Assembly: GCF_000281045.1 (NCBI RefSeq)
Contig: NW_008246088.1
Coordinates: 284,974 to 347,690, forward strand
DNA from: Saprolegnia diclina VS20
Lineage: Eukaryota
Length of the DNA: 62,717 bases
Direction: 5' to 3'
Positions 1 to 12,393 of this stretch are shown piece after piece. The notes beneath the pieces are model-generated. The model worked only from the letters and a program-made list of their open reading frames with translations. It ran no database searches and was not told the origin of the DNA. The position numbers were made by a program, and so were the translations under genes. Each line of letters starts with the position of its first letter. Within the stretch, counting starts at the first letter, position 1.

Positions 1-1707
1 AGCAAACTGCTCATCGTTGATGTCGTTCTCGAGCGCAAGGTCGCACGCAAAGAGCCACCAGCCGTGCGGAAGCTTGAGGCAAAAGTAGCTCGTTTGCTGC
101 GGCAGATGCCACCCCCCGAGCCAGTCGCGGTGGCACACGAACCGCTTGTACGTGTTGAGCCCATCGAACCAGTCGTGGTTGCCCGGAATCGCAAAGCACG
201 TCGGACCTTTGTAATCTTTGAGCGTCTTGCAGCCCGGCGGCAGCACGGGCTTCTGCGTCGAGACGGCCGCGGGGTCGTAGCAAAGCGGTGGCTTCATCGC
301 GTACTCAAAGGTGCGCCAGAAGCGCGACTAAGAACCCTTAGAACACAAAGCCGTAGAAAGAATGGACGCAGTACCTCGTACGTCTCGGCACAAGGGTGCG
401 GGTACGCAAGGTCCCCGCCAATGACGAGGCAGTCGCCGCGCGGCAGTGTCAGCATCTTGGCCTGGTCCGCCAGGGGCGAATTGGGCGGCACCTCGACGTC
501 GAGCTGGGGCTGCGCCAGCGAGCGCGCGACTTGGTAGCTGCTGTTGAAGCCGTCGCCGCAGTCGCCCATGAAATCGAGCCACAAGTCGTCCTTCTCGGCC
601 AAGTGGTCAAACATGTAGTCCTACGCATTGAGTCCAGCGATTGTCGCCGAGGAGTATATCGTGTACCTCGTAGTTGGGGTGGATGGCAGCTTGCATGGCG
701 CGCATGTCAAAGCGCCCGAGGAAGATCTTGAGCGAGATGAGAAGCTAGGCAGAAGAGATGTGAACATCACATGAGCGAGATGGAGTGAGGGAGCGTACCT
801 CGAACGCCGTGTCAAAGACAAACATCGAGTACCACGGCACCATGGGCAGCGCGTGCTCGGCCGGGAGCTTGGAGTGCTCCACATCGTGCTCATCCTCCTC
901 CTCGTCCGCCTCGGAGTTGTTCCAGTTGAGCTCGAGCATGCGGAAGCCCACGAGACGCTCCATGACCAAGTTGACCATGGCCAAGCTGAGACCTGTGATC
1001 CAAATGAAGAGACCGCCTTGGTAGCTACGCATTATGATGCATGAGATGAGGTTCATTTGGCAGTAGTAAAGGAACACCTTTGGGGCACGGGGATCTTGGT
1101 GCCCGAGACGCCGAAGAACTGCTCGCACACGTGTCGGTTGTATGTCTTGGGGATGGCCGAGTCGTCATCGGCGGCGTCGCAATGCACGAGCAAGGCGCAG
1201 CACATGACACTGACGGCAGCACTGTTGCGCAGGATGTTGGAGAGAACGCGGTTGAACCTACAAGCCAAGGCGTGACGCACTGCAACATGGACGTGGTGAC
1301 CGTACGAGAGGCTTGAGAAGTGCTTGACCCAGCCATAGCGCATGAGCAAGTACAGAATCGACTGGAACCCGCCGAGGATGACAATGGAGCTGAAGAAGAT
1401 GGGCAAGAAGAGCGAAATCTAGGAAACAATATCATGATGATGGACATGGTCGACGAGGTCGACGCACCGGCTGCTTGACGTCATACTCGAGCATGCCCAG
1501 CTGCGTGAGGGGCACGTGCACGACAGCGGCCAAGAGGAGCCACGTGTAGAGGCCCATCGAGACGTACACGTATGGCGTCCATCGGTTGAGGAGCTCGCGG
1601 TTCTCGACGAATGGGCTCGTGAAAATGTAGAAGGACACGAAGACCAGCACGAAGATGAGGAACCACGCCTACACATACAGACCGTCAACCTCCGTCCTTC
1701 GCTCCAT
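1..1707 (-). CDS. Multi-pass membrane protein with calcineurin-like metallophosphoesterase domain (multi-exon, 3' end beyond window, start uncertain)
   Basis: Hydrophobic exons (ORFs 1432-1650, 1053-1406, 745-1128) followed by WLDFMGDCGDGFNSSY and LVIGGDLAYPHP metallophosphoesterase motifs (ORF 294-614); short GT-AG introns between them. Confidence 0.8.
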
Positions 1708-1820
1708 GCGGTCGCTCGTCGCCGAGGAAGCGCGTCGGTCGTCCTACGATTTGGTCGGGGGTCGCTACCATGGCGGAAATTCCCAAATGAGCCATGCGTC
1801 GATCTATTGAGCGCCGCGTG

Positions 1821-1833
1821 TGATTGGCCAAAA
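1821..1833 (-). promoter_or_regulatory. Extended CCAAT box (TTTTGGCCAATCA)
   Basis: TGATTGGCCAAAA on + strand, about 115 bp upstream of the putative phosphoesterase start; identical 13-mer at 32595 and 44183. Confidence 0.55.
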
Positions 1834-3226
1834 TACAAGTGCATTGCTATTGGTCCAAAATGGAGGTGGACATTGGGTACTTTTCCGGTTGATGCAGGCG
1901 CTCATGGTGGCGTAATGGATAACCGGCTTGACTAGCGAAGAGGATTTCCCGCCGGTAGAGCAATCGTGGGGCAGAAGTAGTCACTCGACGCTGCTTGGCT
2001 TTGGCTCTTGATCGGACGACCCGTCACATGGCTGTCTTTGTGTGGTTAGCATGACCTGCTGAAGAGAAGGCCTCGAATGAGTGGGAGCGGCATGGGTTGA
2101 AGCGCATGGCGTAGGGACGAGCATTGAAGCGCACATGACAAATCGCCTGGGAGAGCTGCCCGTGAGTTATTGCTAACGTTGACGCTGAAATCCAGCTTTG
2201 GTCAAAGGCTGATGCAAACCACGAGGACGACCTCTGCGGCTTGTGGTCCATGGGGGCGTGGCATTCTTGTGCCTTCATGCAGCTGCCACGGTGCAGCGAC
2301 AAAGACCAGCACACCAATCCCACCCTTGCAACCAAAGCATGCACCCGGAACGTTCTCCGCGCCGACTGCTTTCAACACAGCTTGTGATTTTGCCCTTCAC
2401 CTCAAGAGGAACGAGTAGGTCGTCGATCAGCACGTGCATCAAGCTCACCTCAGTGTACTTGTTGCTGGAGCTTGCCACGGAAGCTTGACTACGTCATCGC
2501 CTTCGCCTCAGCGCAACACGGTGCCACGTCGCACGGAGACTTGATGCCCAGCTGGGCACAAGGAGTAGGGGTGGGGCCTGGGGGTGTCGATTTGATCTGT
2601 GGGGGGACCCAAATATCTGTGGTCGGCCCAACGTTCGTGGGCCACCCTGGCTGGCGGCGTGCAACGAAGTCCGCGTCCTCTTGATCGCGCAGGTGAGACC
2701 GTGGGTGTTTCAAGACCTTGGACTCAGTCATGGACTGCGACTTGGTAGTTCTGAAGCGCGAGGTTTTATGCAGCATGGGCAGCGTGGACGCGCGTTATGG
2801 CTGGGATCTCTTTGCCGCGTAGCTTCACCACTCGTTCAAATGTGGCATGCGTCTCGTCGACGTCGAGGTACCTCGGACCAAGCATCTTCAGTTTCAGACT
2901 TGGCGGCGGCCCGTCGTTTAGCGCGCCGTCGAGCGCTTTTACCGCGCAATAGACACGCTGGTCAAAAGTGGCGCGCCGACACAGAAAAACGTTGCGGCGG
3001 CGTCGATTCCGGATACGAACGGCGTAAAATAATAAAAAACGCGTCGAAGTCCGCGGAATTCACAATACAAACAGCAAGTCGAAACCGAGGGCGGTCACGA
3101 CCCCATACAAAATGCAAGTACAAGAAAGGCCACCACGACTGCAGTTTTCGCGTGACAGATCCGGATACGGCATGGATTGCTGTTGCAGCGCTGGCGGCCA
3201 TTCTTGCAAAGCTGAGCTAGCCGACC

Positions 3227-4709
3227 ATGTTCGCCCGATCCCGCGCTGTCTTGCGCTCGTCGCGCATTGTGCACTCTTCGGTGCGACGACGCATGTAGCC
3301 GCTACAGCAATAGCTCATGCAATGGAATGCTGTAGGTGCACCAAACCATCGCTTGCCGCGCGCCCGCGGCGCGCCTCCTCGCGCCGGCGCTCAACAAGCC
3401 CAAGTTCATGGTGCGATCTTGCCCCATCTTGCAATCAGATCTTATGCAATGTTAGAGCTCGGTGGCGGCAACACTCGAGAACGTGGCGGCGAACCGTCCG
3501 ATCGCCTTTTGGCTCTTTGGCTGCGCTGGCATGGTGGGCACGATGGTCGCGGTGGGCGGTGCGACGCGCTTGACGCGCTCGGGCCTCTCGATGGTCACAT
3601 GGAAGCCGCACGGCGGTCTCCCGCCCATGAGTGCGGAAGAGTGGAACCAAGAGTTTGAGCTCTACAAGACGTTTCCCGAGTGGCAGACGCGCAAGAACAT
3701 GACCGTCGACGAGTTCAAGGGCATTTACTTTTGGGAGTACAGCCACCGCATGCTCGGCCGTGTCATCGGCCTTACCTTTGCGGGGCCGCTCGCGTACTTT
3801 TTGCTGCGGAAGCGCATGCCCAAGGAGATGTACGGCCGCATGGCGTTCCTCTTTGGCCTCGGTGGCTTCCAGGTACCCATCAACTTCAACGTAGCATGGC
3901 AGAAACCACACCACAACATAGGGTCTTGTCGGCTGGTGGATGGTCCGCAGTGGCCTCGAAGACGTCGACGCGGCCAACCGCAAGGAGATTCGCGTAAGCC
4001 CGTACCGCCTTGCGACGCACGTACGTCTCTATCTTGGTGCATCCCACACGTATGCTACATAATTGCGTAGCTTGCACTCGCCTTTACGACGTGCGGTCTC
4101 TTGACGTGGACAGGTCTCTCGATCCTCAAGCCGGCACTCCCCGAGCGCCTCAACCTCGAGCGCGACACGATCACGCCGGACGCGCTCAAGCGTATGCTCA
4201 AGGTCCGGTCTGCACTCAAGCACACGACGAGTGTCCTCGCCTTTACGATCCTCTCGGGCGCGTTCGTCGCGGGCATTGACGCCGGCATGGCCTTCAACAC
4301 GTTCCCCAAGATGGACGGGCAGTGGATCCCGGACGACCTCTTGGCCATCGAGCCCAAGTGGCGCAACTTTTTCGAGAACACGCCGCTCGTGCAGTTTGAC
4401 CACCGCGTGCTGGCGATGACGACGCTCGCGGGCTTTTGCACCGCGTACGGCCTCGCGCGGCACCCGAACGTGTGGTGGCAGCTGCCCGCGCCGGCCAAGA
4501 CCGCGCTCAACCTCAACTTGGCGGCGGTGGGTGGCCAGGTCGCGCTCGGTATTACGACGCTCCTCAACTGCGTGCCCGTGCCGCTCGCGGTCGCGCACCA
4601 AACCGGCGCGCTCGTGCTTTTGACGTCGAGCATCTACACGCTCCACACACTGCGCTTTGCGCGCCCCCTCAACTCGGTCTTCCACCGCATCAAGCCCAAG
4701 AAGCCGTAA
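3227..4709 (+). CDS. COX15: Heme A synthase / cytochrome c oxidase assembly protein COX15 (multi-exon)
   Basis: Arg/Ser-rich presequence MFARSRAVLRSS; motifs VGGATRLTRSGLSM, EFELYKTFPEWQ, IYFWEYSHRMLGR, VQFDHR, AVAHQ. Confidence 0.95.
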
Positions 4710-5072
4710 ACGATATTAGCCTAGAACACACTACTACAACTCGATCCATGTGATTGAAAGAGGATGTACCAACGCCGCTTTGGTATCAGCGGAGCGAACG
4801 CTTGGGTTCAACACATCGAAGGAGCGACAGCACTCTGGAGGCCGTCGTGGAGAGAGCGAAGCGACGGAGGGAACAATAGCTCATACCAACTGAGTGTGGG
4901 TCGCGCGGGACGACGCGGGCGGCAAATCATTCAAGTGCGCGGTTTCGCTTGCCGGCAATACGTGGCAGCACCAGATGGCCGCTGCGGCACGTTCGAATAT
5001 CGTTCGAGGATCAACATTCCTTTCGTTCGATATTTTCGGCCTTGGTTCGGCTGCCCCACACTGCAACTTGCC

Positions 5073-6305
5073 ATGACCACCGACCATCCCATGGACACAT
5101 CCGCCCGTTGCTGCGACGTGTGCTTGGAGCCCGTCCCGCTCTGGGAGAGCGTCATTAAGCTCTGCGGTGACACGTGCGCCGCCCACCTCTGCGTCGAGTG
5201 CACGGAGGCTTACTTTGACCACCACCTCTCCGCCTTCCTTCCCGGGCTCCTCACCAAAGCGCACTGCCCCATTTGCCTCGTGCCGATGCCAAAGCACAAG
5301 TACATGCCCTACGTGCAGCCGGATCTCCTCGAGTACGCGGCCAAGTGCGTCTTTGCCGCGTCCGAGCTCCGCTGCCCCCACTGCGACGAATCGACGCCGT
5401 TCGTTGATGCGTGGTCGTCGCGACCAATGTCGCCATTGCGCTTGCCCAAGACGCTGCGGCAAAAGCTGCCGTGGCTCCGTCGCCTTGGCACCAAGTTCGT
5501 GCGCTACAAGCTTGCCGCGTCGACGCTCTTCGACTACATTCGGTCGACCTTTTCCGACTACGCCGACGTCGTCTACATGCACACGCTGCAGCTCATCCAC
5601 GACCCGGAACGTCGCGCCACGTTTGCCATGTATGAGCTGCACAAGACGCGGCTCGTATTCACGCCCTGCTGCGGTAAGGCTGTCTGCTTTGGCTGCAAGA
5701 CGGCCGGTCATCACGAGATCTGCGACGCTGGCGAAGCGTCGGAGCGCAACACCGTCGTGCTCTGTCCCGAGTGCAACATCCCGATCGTACGCGGCGACGG
5801 CTGCGACTCGATCAAGTGCGTCTGTGACACGTACTTTTCTTGGCAGGAGCAAGTCTTCGTCGCCGAGGAGCGCAGTCGCAACGCTCGCTTCCAGGCCGTG
5901 CTGCGCCTACCCCACGGTGCGCGCTCTCTGAAGCGAGTCCTCGAGTACTGCCGGCACCTTGTGTGGCGCAGCCGGTTCCTCGATGTCGTTTGGCACCTCA
6001 AGGTCCATCGCTTTCGCTGCGTGGCGTGGCCGGTGCTCGCGCCTCGGCTCCGCGCCTGTGTCCAACACCGCCGGTTCAATGCCGTGCTGGGCCAGCTCCG
6101 CTCGACGATGCGCCACCGTTCTCTCTGCCGCGAAATCCACGCGCGTGTCTGCCGCATCGAAGCGGTCAAGACGACCATGGCTCTCGTCTTGCACGAGATG
6201 CGCATCGCCACAGCACGACCCAGCGTCCAACCTGCGGCCAAGCTCGAGGTCGTCGACGACACGGCAAAGGCGCCCGTCGACTATGTCATGGCGGCCATGG
6301 CGTAG
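5073..6305 (+). CDS. RBR-type (RING-IBR-RING2-like) E3 ubiquitin ligase
   Basis: CDVC..C..HLCVEC..CPIC (RING1-like), CCGKAVCFGCK..HHEIC (IBR-like), CPECNIPIVRGDGCDSIKCVC (RING2 with catalytic-type Cys); start placed at MTTDHP inside ORF 4764-6305. Confidence 0.8.
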   Translation: MTTDHPMDTSARCCDVCLEPVPLWESVIKLCGDTCAAHLCVECTEAYFDHHLSAFLPGLLTKAHCPICLVPMPKHKYMPYVQPDLLEYAAKCVFAASELRCPHCDESTPFVDAWSSRPMSPLRLPKTLRQKLPWLRRLGTKFVRYKLAASTLFDYIRSTFSDYADVVYMHTLQLIHDPERRATFAMYELHKTRLVFTPCCGKAVCFGCKTAGHHEICDAGEASERNTVVLCPECNIPIVRGDGCDSIKCVCDTYFSWQEQVFVAEERSRNARFQAVLRLPHGARSLKRVLEYCRHLVWRSRFLDVVWHLKVHRFRCVAWPVLAPRLRACVQHRRFNAVLGQLRSTMRHRSLCREIHARVCRIEAVKTTMALVLHEMRIATARPSVQPAAKLEVVDDTAKAPVDYVMAAMA

Positions 6306-6559
6306 CTTCTGTCTGCATCCTACGTACACTAATATATATCAAGAAGATGATGAATATGGTACACATTCTCTGCCTCTCCTCGCTGTGACGTACCTCCGAT
6401 GTCTAGTCGAGCAACCTACTAGACATTCTTGAACTCTACATGTTGATGCCGTACACTGCCTCTCCAAAAAAATATAGTTAGTTAGTCGTCAGTTTATCAT
6501 CATGTCGTAGTACATCGTTTCTTTGACGGGGACGATTTGGCTGGTTGTCGGCATGGTTT

Positions 6560-6916
6560 CTAGCTCGCAGCGCGACCACGGAGGTCGGTGGTGTGGATGC
6601 GGCGGCGGATCGTGCTCGCGGACAACGTCACACCGGTCATTTCTTTGAGCTGACGAAGCAACTCGGGAACGCTTGGCTGGTGGTTGCCAAGGCCATCGCG
6701 CTTCAGCATGCGGTCGGTGCGAAGGTTGGTTTTGCGAGGCCGCCCCGAGCGTGGCGCGGGTGCCAGTGTACGGCAGGCCTTGAAATGGCGTATGATGTTG
6801 CCCACTGACGAGGCCGGGATCTCGAGCTCCTTGGAGATTGCACCTTGGGTCTTGCCAGCGGCGGCCTTGGAAATAACTGCGCGGCGCATTTGCTCCGAGT
6901 ACTCCGGACCACGCAT
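6560..6916 (-). mobile_element. Truncated Tc1/mariner transposase (paired HTH DNA-binding part only; probable relic)
   Basis: GKTQGAISKELEIPASSVGNII HTH, RSGRPRKT (GRPR motif), second HTH TLSASTIRRRI..LRGRAAS*KP with a stop where RKKP is expected; no DDE domain follows. Confidence 0.8.
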
Positions 6917-7345
6917 GACGCTGCTGAATCAAGAATAACGACAGGCGCTTCGGACGAGCAACGGGCCGAGCGACAATGCAACGACACATCTATGTCGCTT
7001 CAACTTGAACAATACGTTTGGATACTGGCGCCAAAGACGTTTCTCGGCAACTGCAGCTTTTACGTATCGAGAAGTCCTAAATTGTACAAGTTGTGTCAAG
7101 CTGAAAGGCTTAGAAACGATTTATATAACTTTCAAAACGCTGTCGGACTGCACGCAACCAGGCTCGTACGCACCAGTCGCCTGCAAAGTCCACACGGTGG
7201 AGCTGAGCTGCGGCGTGGATGTTTCGATGAGTCCTTCAAAGTATCAAGTCGATATTCGATCTGGACCACATTCGAATTTCGAAGTTCGGCACCAACGATA
7301 TCCGGATCATCCGGTTAAATGGCACGGAGATCTTGAACTCGAAAA

Positions 7346-9215
7346 ATGGCCGAGCCCGTTGCCAAGCACGCCAAGCCGACGCTCGGGCCGGTCACCGCGC
7401 AAGTCCTCTTGAGCCCGGCGCTCCTTGGTGAAGTCCTGCGCTATGAACCAGGTCTGCGCCTCGCCGACTGGGAAGACGGCGACCGCGCAGTCCAGCGAGG
7501 GTACCTTCTCGTCGTCCAGTATGCGCCTCGCCTCGCGTTCCGCGATACGAATGCGCTGGACGTCGCCGCTGCAAATGGCCACCTCGCGCTCGTCCAGTGG
7601 CTCCATGCAAGTCCACTGCACACGCTCACGGGGTCGCCGGCCGCGATCGACGGCGCTGCCCTCGGTGGGCACATGGACGTCATCGAGTGGCTGCATGCGC
7701 ACCGCGTCGACGGCTGCAGCGCCGACGCCTTCTCGAACGCTGCTGCGAGTGGCAGCCTCGACATCTTAGACTTTCTGCGCGCGCAGTACCCCGACATGCT
7801 GCTTCCCGCCGTGACATACCACGAAGCCGCCGAGCATGGCCACGTGTCGATTCTGGAGCGCCTTCCGACGACGTTCGCTGCCGACGCCGACGTGCCGCTC
7901 TGCCTCATGGACGCGGCAGCAAAAGGTGGCCACTTGAGCGTGGCGCAATGGCTGCATGCACACAAGCTTGGTGAGTGCAGCCATGCGATGGACTATGCGG
8001 CCGAAGGTGGGCACCTCGAGCTGCTCCAGTGGCTGCATGCCCACGGGTACGAAAGCTGCTCGACGGACGCCATGAACTGGGCCGCCAACTGCGGACATTT
8101 GCACGTTATACAGTGGCTCCAGGCGAATCGGACCGAAGGCTGCACGGAGGACGCGGTCGATTTTGCGGCTGAGAATGGGTTTTTGCACATTGTGCAGTGG
8201 CTGCTGCGGCACCGCGACGAAGGCGAGACGACTGCGGCCATGGACCTCGCCGCCAAGAATGGACATTTCGACGTGGTCGAGTGGCTGCACACGCACCGCG
8301 ACGTGGGCGCGACGACCGCAGCTATGGACGGCGCGGCCAAGCGCGGCAACCTTGGAATGCTCGAGTGGCTGCACACCCATCGCACAGAAGGCGTATCGAC
8401 CAACGCGATCGAGTTTGCGGCTGAGAAGGGCCATGTGCACGTGTTGCACTGGCTGCAGACGCACACGACTGCCGCGTGCACGCCAGACGCCATGGACACA
8501 GCGGCGACCAACGACCAGCTCGAGGCGCTGGTGTGGCTGCACACCCACCGCACCGAAGGTACCTCCTCGTCCAAGCGATAGCCGGGCACCCAAGAAAATT
8601 ATCTTAGGGTGTACGGTCGACGCGATGGCGTATGCGGCCGAACAAGGTCATTTGCGCATTGTGCAATGGCTCCATGAACACCGAAGCGAGGGTTGCACGA
8701 CGGATGCAATGGACTGGGCCGCGCGCCACAACCACCTCGACGTCGTACACTGGCTCCACACGCACCGGTCCGAAGGCTGCTCGTCGGACGTTGTCGATGT
8801 GATCGTTCGCGCTGGCCATCTTCGCCTCCTGCAGTGGTGGCACGCTCATCGGCCCGAGCGATGCACGACGAATGCCCTCGCGCTCGCGTGCGAGTACGGC
8901 CATGTGCCCATCATCGCCTGGCTCACGGCCCAAGGCGAGCGCACCAACAAGAAGGCCATGAACCGTGCGGCCGAGGCCGGCAATCTTCACGTGCTTCGGT
9001 GGCTCCACGCGCACCGCAGCGAGGGCTGCAGCATCGAGGCGGTCGAGGCCGCGCTCCTTGAAGAGCACCCGCACGTCTTCAAATGGCTCTGCGAGCACCG
9101 GCGCGAGCTGCCCTTGCGCAAGTGTGTACGCCTCGCCAAGCAACACGGTCCGTCGAACCTCGTGCGCTGGGTACAGAACCTCGTGGAACAGCGAGCGACC
9201 AACGAGAAACCCTAG
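7346..9215 (+). CDS. Ankyrin repeat protein (oomycete GC[ST]xxAMDxAAxxGHLxxxxWLH type), intron 8559-8607
   Basis: More than a dozen tandem ankyrin-like repeats across ORFs 7346-8581 and the 3' part of 8163-9215; a 49-nt GT-AG intron restores the frame (..EG|CTVDAM). Confidence 0.9.
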
Positions 9216-9275
9216 CCCTTGGGCAACCAGTAATGTGATACGCGTTGTACTAGTAGTTGATAGTCCTAATACTGT

Positions 9276-11745
9276 TTAGATGCAAATGTAAATCGACGCC
9301 ATGAGGAGCGGGATGCGCTTGGCCGCTTCGAGGTACTCTTCTTTGCTCAGCTCGCCGTCGCCGTTGGTATCGATCTCCTGGAGCAGCTTCATCGTGTCGA
9401 GCAAGTCTTGGCCCATCGCCCCAAAGCTACGCAAAAATTGTCCATGATCGTCCGTACATACACAGACAATATGGTGCACCTCGCGCAAACGACGTTGCTT
9501 CTCTTCGCGCGTGATGCACCCGTCGGTATCATAATCGTAAAACCGAAAGTAGAACCGAGCGCAGCACTCGTCATGGGCCGAGTCCTACGCCGTGTTACTA
9601 GGCAGTGAACGCATTCTTTTATACCAAGAGGAGCGACCTATCGCGTGGTCAATCATGTACCATGAGAGAGCCAAGAAAGCGATCGTACCAGAGATACCCC
9701 GCGACGTCTCCGACAAACTCGCGCGCGTTGAGCTTCCCGTGTGGATCTACATCGTACGATTGAAGGTACCTGTCCTCGCTGGTTGGGGCGCACCGGTCGG
9801 TGCGTACGCTTTCGAGAGTTCGTGCAAGAGGGCTGCGTCTTCCGGAAGCTGCTCGTGAAAGTACGATGCCAGCATGTGCTCGAACTGGTTGACGCTCAGC
9901 GGGGCGGGTGGCGCCACGTACCCCGAGGCGCCCGAGCTAAACCGGCGCCGAAGCAGCTTGGCCTCTCGCTCGAGGCGCGTCGAGTCGTTGACGTCTTCCA
10001 ACATCGAGAGCATCGCCGCCCAGTCGAGCTTGGCGCGCTCACAAAAGCAACGCAGGCTCTATCCTCGATGCACATTGTCGCTCATCGTATCGACGAGCGA
10101 CACGTGTGCACCTGGCGCACGTGGAAGCCGGTTTGGCGGTTGAAGGCGAGCGACTTGGTGAGCGCTTCTAGCACGAGCGGCTCGACACTGGCCGCGGTCA
10201 GAAACTCGTCCTCTGTAATCTAGTCAAGGCCATGACAGATACAAGGTGCATCAGGTTGCTAACCACATTGTCGCCGTTCGTGTCGACGGTCGCAAAGTAG
10301 TTGTCAATGTACACGGCCTAGTCGTTCTGTCGCAAACTCAAGTCGCATCCACGAGGATGTACGAGCTGGCTCATTTTTTCTTGGCCGCCGTTCAGTATCA
10401 AGACGAGCTCCGAGACCGAGATCGTGCCTAGTTGATGTCCTGCGGTTTGCACAGTCTTAGTATGCAGGTTGCACCACTCCCGTCCTTGTCGTAGACTGCA
10501 AAGAGCGTGTCGAGCTTTTGCTCGAGCGAGCCTTGGACGAGGCTGTTGAGGCCAATGATAAACTCTACCAAACACAAAATTCGACAATATTGTCCACCCA
10601 CCCAAAGTCAAAAATGACCTCGAAAATCGATCGTGCCATTGCCGTCCTTGTCAAAGACCTTGTAGAGGCGGCCAATGAGCGATGCTGACGACGAAATGGT
10701 TTCGCCAAGTGACGAGACGCCTTGCTCGGACGGGAGGTTGACGCCCGCCACGAGTTTGCCCAAGTGGCTCCTACAACGCGACCGGTGCATATAGCGTCGC
10801 AAGGACTATGCAAACCCGATGATCGTGCTAAAGGTGTCGCTCGTGATCGTGCCGTTGGCCATCGCGAGCTCCTACGTGTTCGCACTGAGCCCCGCGAACG
10901 GAGTTGGGTCATGTACCTTGAACTGACAACTCATTTGAAAAATATCTTGCATCGTAAACGACGTGGCGTGAATAAGCTCGGAGATGAGAGCTTGCTTTCC
11001 GGCCGTCTACGCATCGAGCTCAAATCGACTCGGTCGGAAGAGCGCGTACGGCCGACGCCTTGGTCATGCTTAGATGGCTGGCGACCACTGCTTTGCGGCG
11101 GTGGCGCGGCGCCTGCTTCTGCTTGTCGTCACCTTCCTTGTCGCTGCGCCGCCTGCCGTGCGCCAGCTCGAGGCTGCGGTGCCGCAGCACCGCCTTGACC
11201 CTAATGCGTCAACTCGAACAAGCACGATCAACTGGCATCGCCTACATGGACAGCTCCGAGACAGGGATCGCACGCTGCTTGCCCGCGACGAGCGTGAAGT
11301 GGCTACCCCGGGCCCGCCGAATGCTGCGCTGAGGGCTGCGCTCCGTGGGCGACCCGGGTGCCTGCGCGTACAAGAGTTATATGGACGAAGTTGCGGAAGC
11401 GATGACCGACCTCTGTCGTCGGGCCCGGCCCCACCACCGAGATTGGGTGCTTTCCGGGCTGGAACGACTCGGTCTGGGCAATCCAAGAGGCGATCTGCGC
11501 GTCTGATGGCACAGAGACGCGGACGATGACAGCGTCGCGTCGGTTGAGATCCTCGACGTGCTTGGCCACGCGGTGGAAGAGCGCTCCGAGCTCTGCGCTC
11601 GTGTACGTTGGTGGTAGCATGCGCTTTGCTTTTTATACGACTGCAGTGGGAAAGGCGGTTTCTCGCCGATCGAGACGAGAGTCGATCCTCCAGGAAGGAG
11701 TTGCATGCGTCTGATGGCCATCGCGATGCAAGAGGACGTGGTCAT
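9276..11745 (-). CDS. Multi-EF-hand calcium-binding protein with two calcineurin-B/NCS-like modules (multi-exon)
   Basis: EF loops DKDGNGTIDFRE, DKDGSGTISVSE (spliced), DTNGD, DYDTDGCITREE, DTNGDGELSKEE; GSLEQKLDTLFAVYD typical of NCS/CBL proteins; 5' exons joined by short introns. Confidence 0.75.
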
Positions 11746-11772
11746 ATGACGCTACATTCGTGATTGTCTTAT

Positions 11773-12393
11773 CTAGATGAGCTTCTTGGACTTGAAAAAC
11801 TTCTTGAGGTACATGACCTGCCAGAGGCCCATGGCGAGGAGCACAAAGATGGAGAAGGAGCTAAACCAGAGCACGCGCGAGTTGGTCGACTCGTTCGTGT
11901 TGCGCATCGCGGCCTCGCGCTCGCGCATGTAGAGCATCTCGCGGTGGATCTCGTCGACCGTGTCTTCCATCTTGCGCAGCTCCTTCTCGACCGGCATCAA
12001 ATGCTCGCGCTTGGCAATGTCCGAGTAGTCTTTTGCCTCGACGCCGTGCTTGAAATCGAGCGAGACGCGTGTCACAAAGTCGTTCGAGTTGAAGAAGCAC
12101 GTCGAGTACGTGCCCGCGGCCTCGGCGTTGAACGAGTACTTGTGAATGTCCTCGCTCGTCAAGTCAATGTCCGAGTCTTCCTTGAGGTACTTGCCCATCG
12201 GGTCCTTGATCAAGAGCGAGACGCCGGTCCGGCCCTTGACGTTGCCGAGGATGTTGTAGTGCACGACGACGAGCGAGCCCGCGGCCACCTCGTCGCTGAG
12301 GCACTTCTCCGCGCGCCGCTTGACGTCGAACTGGACGGCGCTGATCGACGCCATGAGCAGCGCCAGCGCCACGTAGACGATCGCTCCGCGCAT
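11773..12393 (-). CDS. TMED10: p24 family (emp24/gp25L) cargo receptor, delta/TMED10 type
   Basis: Signal peptide MRGAIVYVALALL, GOLD domain, MREREAAMRNTNESTNSRV, TM helix, C-terminal FFKSKKLI dilysine motif. Confidence 0.92.
   Translation of the reverse strand: MRGAIVYVALALLMASISAVQFDVKRRAEKCLSDEVAAGSLVVVHYNILGNVKGRTGVSLLIKDPMGKYLKEDSDIDLTSEDIHKYSFNAEAAGTYSTCFFNSNDFVTRVSLDFKHGVEAKDYSDIAKREHLMPVEKELRKMEDTVDEIHREMLYMREREAAMRNTNESTNSRVLWFSSFSIFVLLAMGLWQVMYLKKFFKSKKLI

Noticed and set aside
1940..2780. Short minus-strand ORFs between the phosphoesterase and COX15
   Set aside because: Interrupted by stops, weak codon bias and no recognisable domain; possibly decayed sequence
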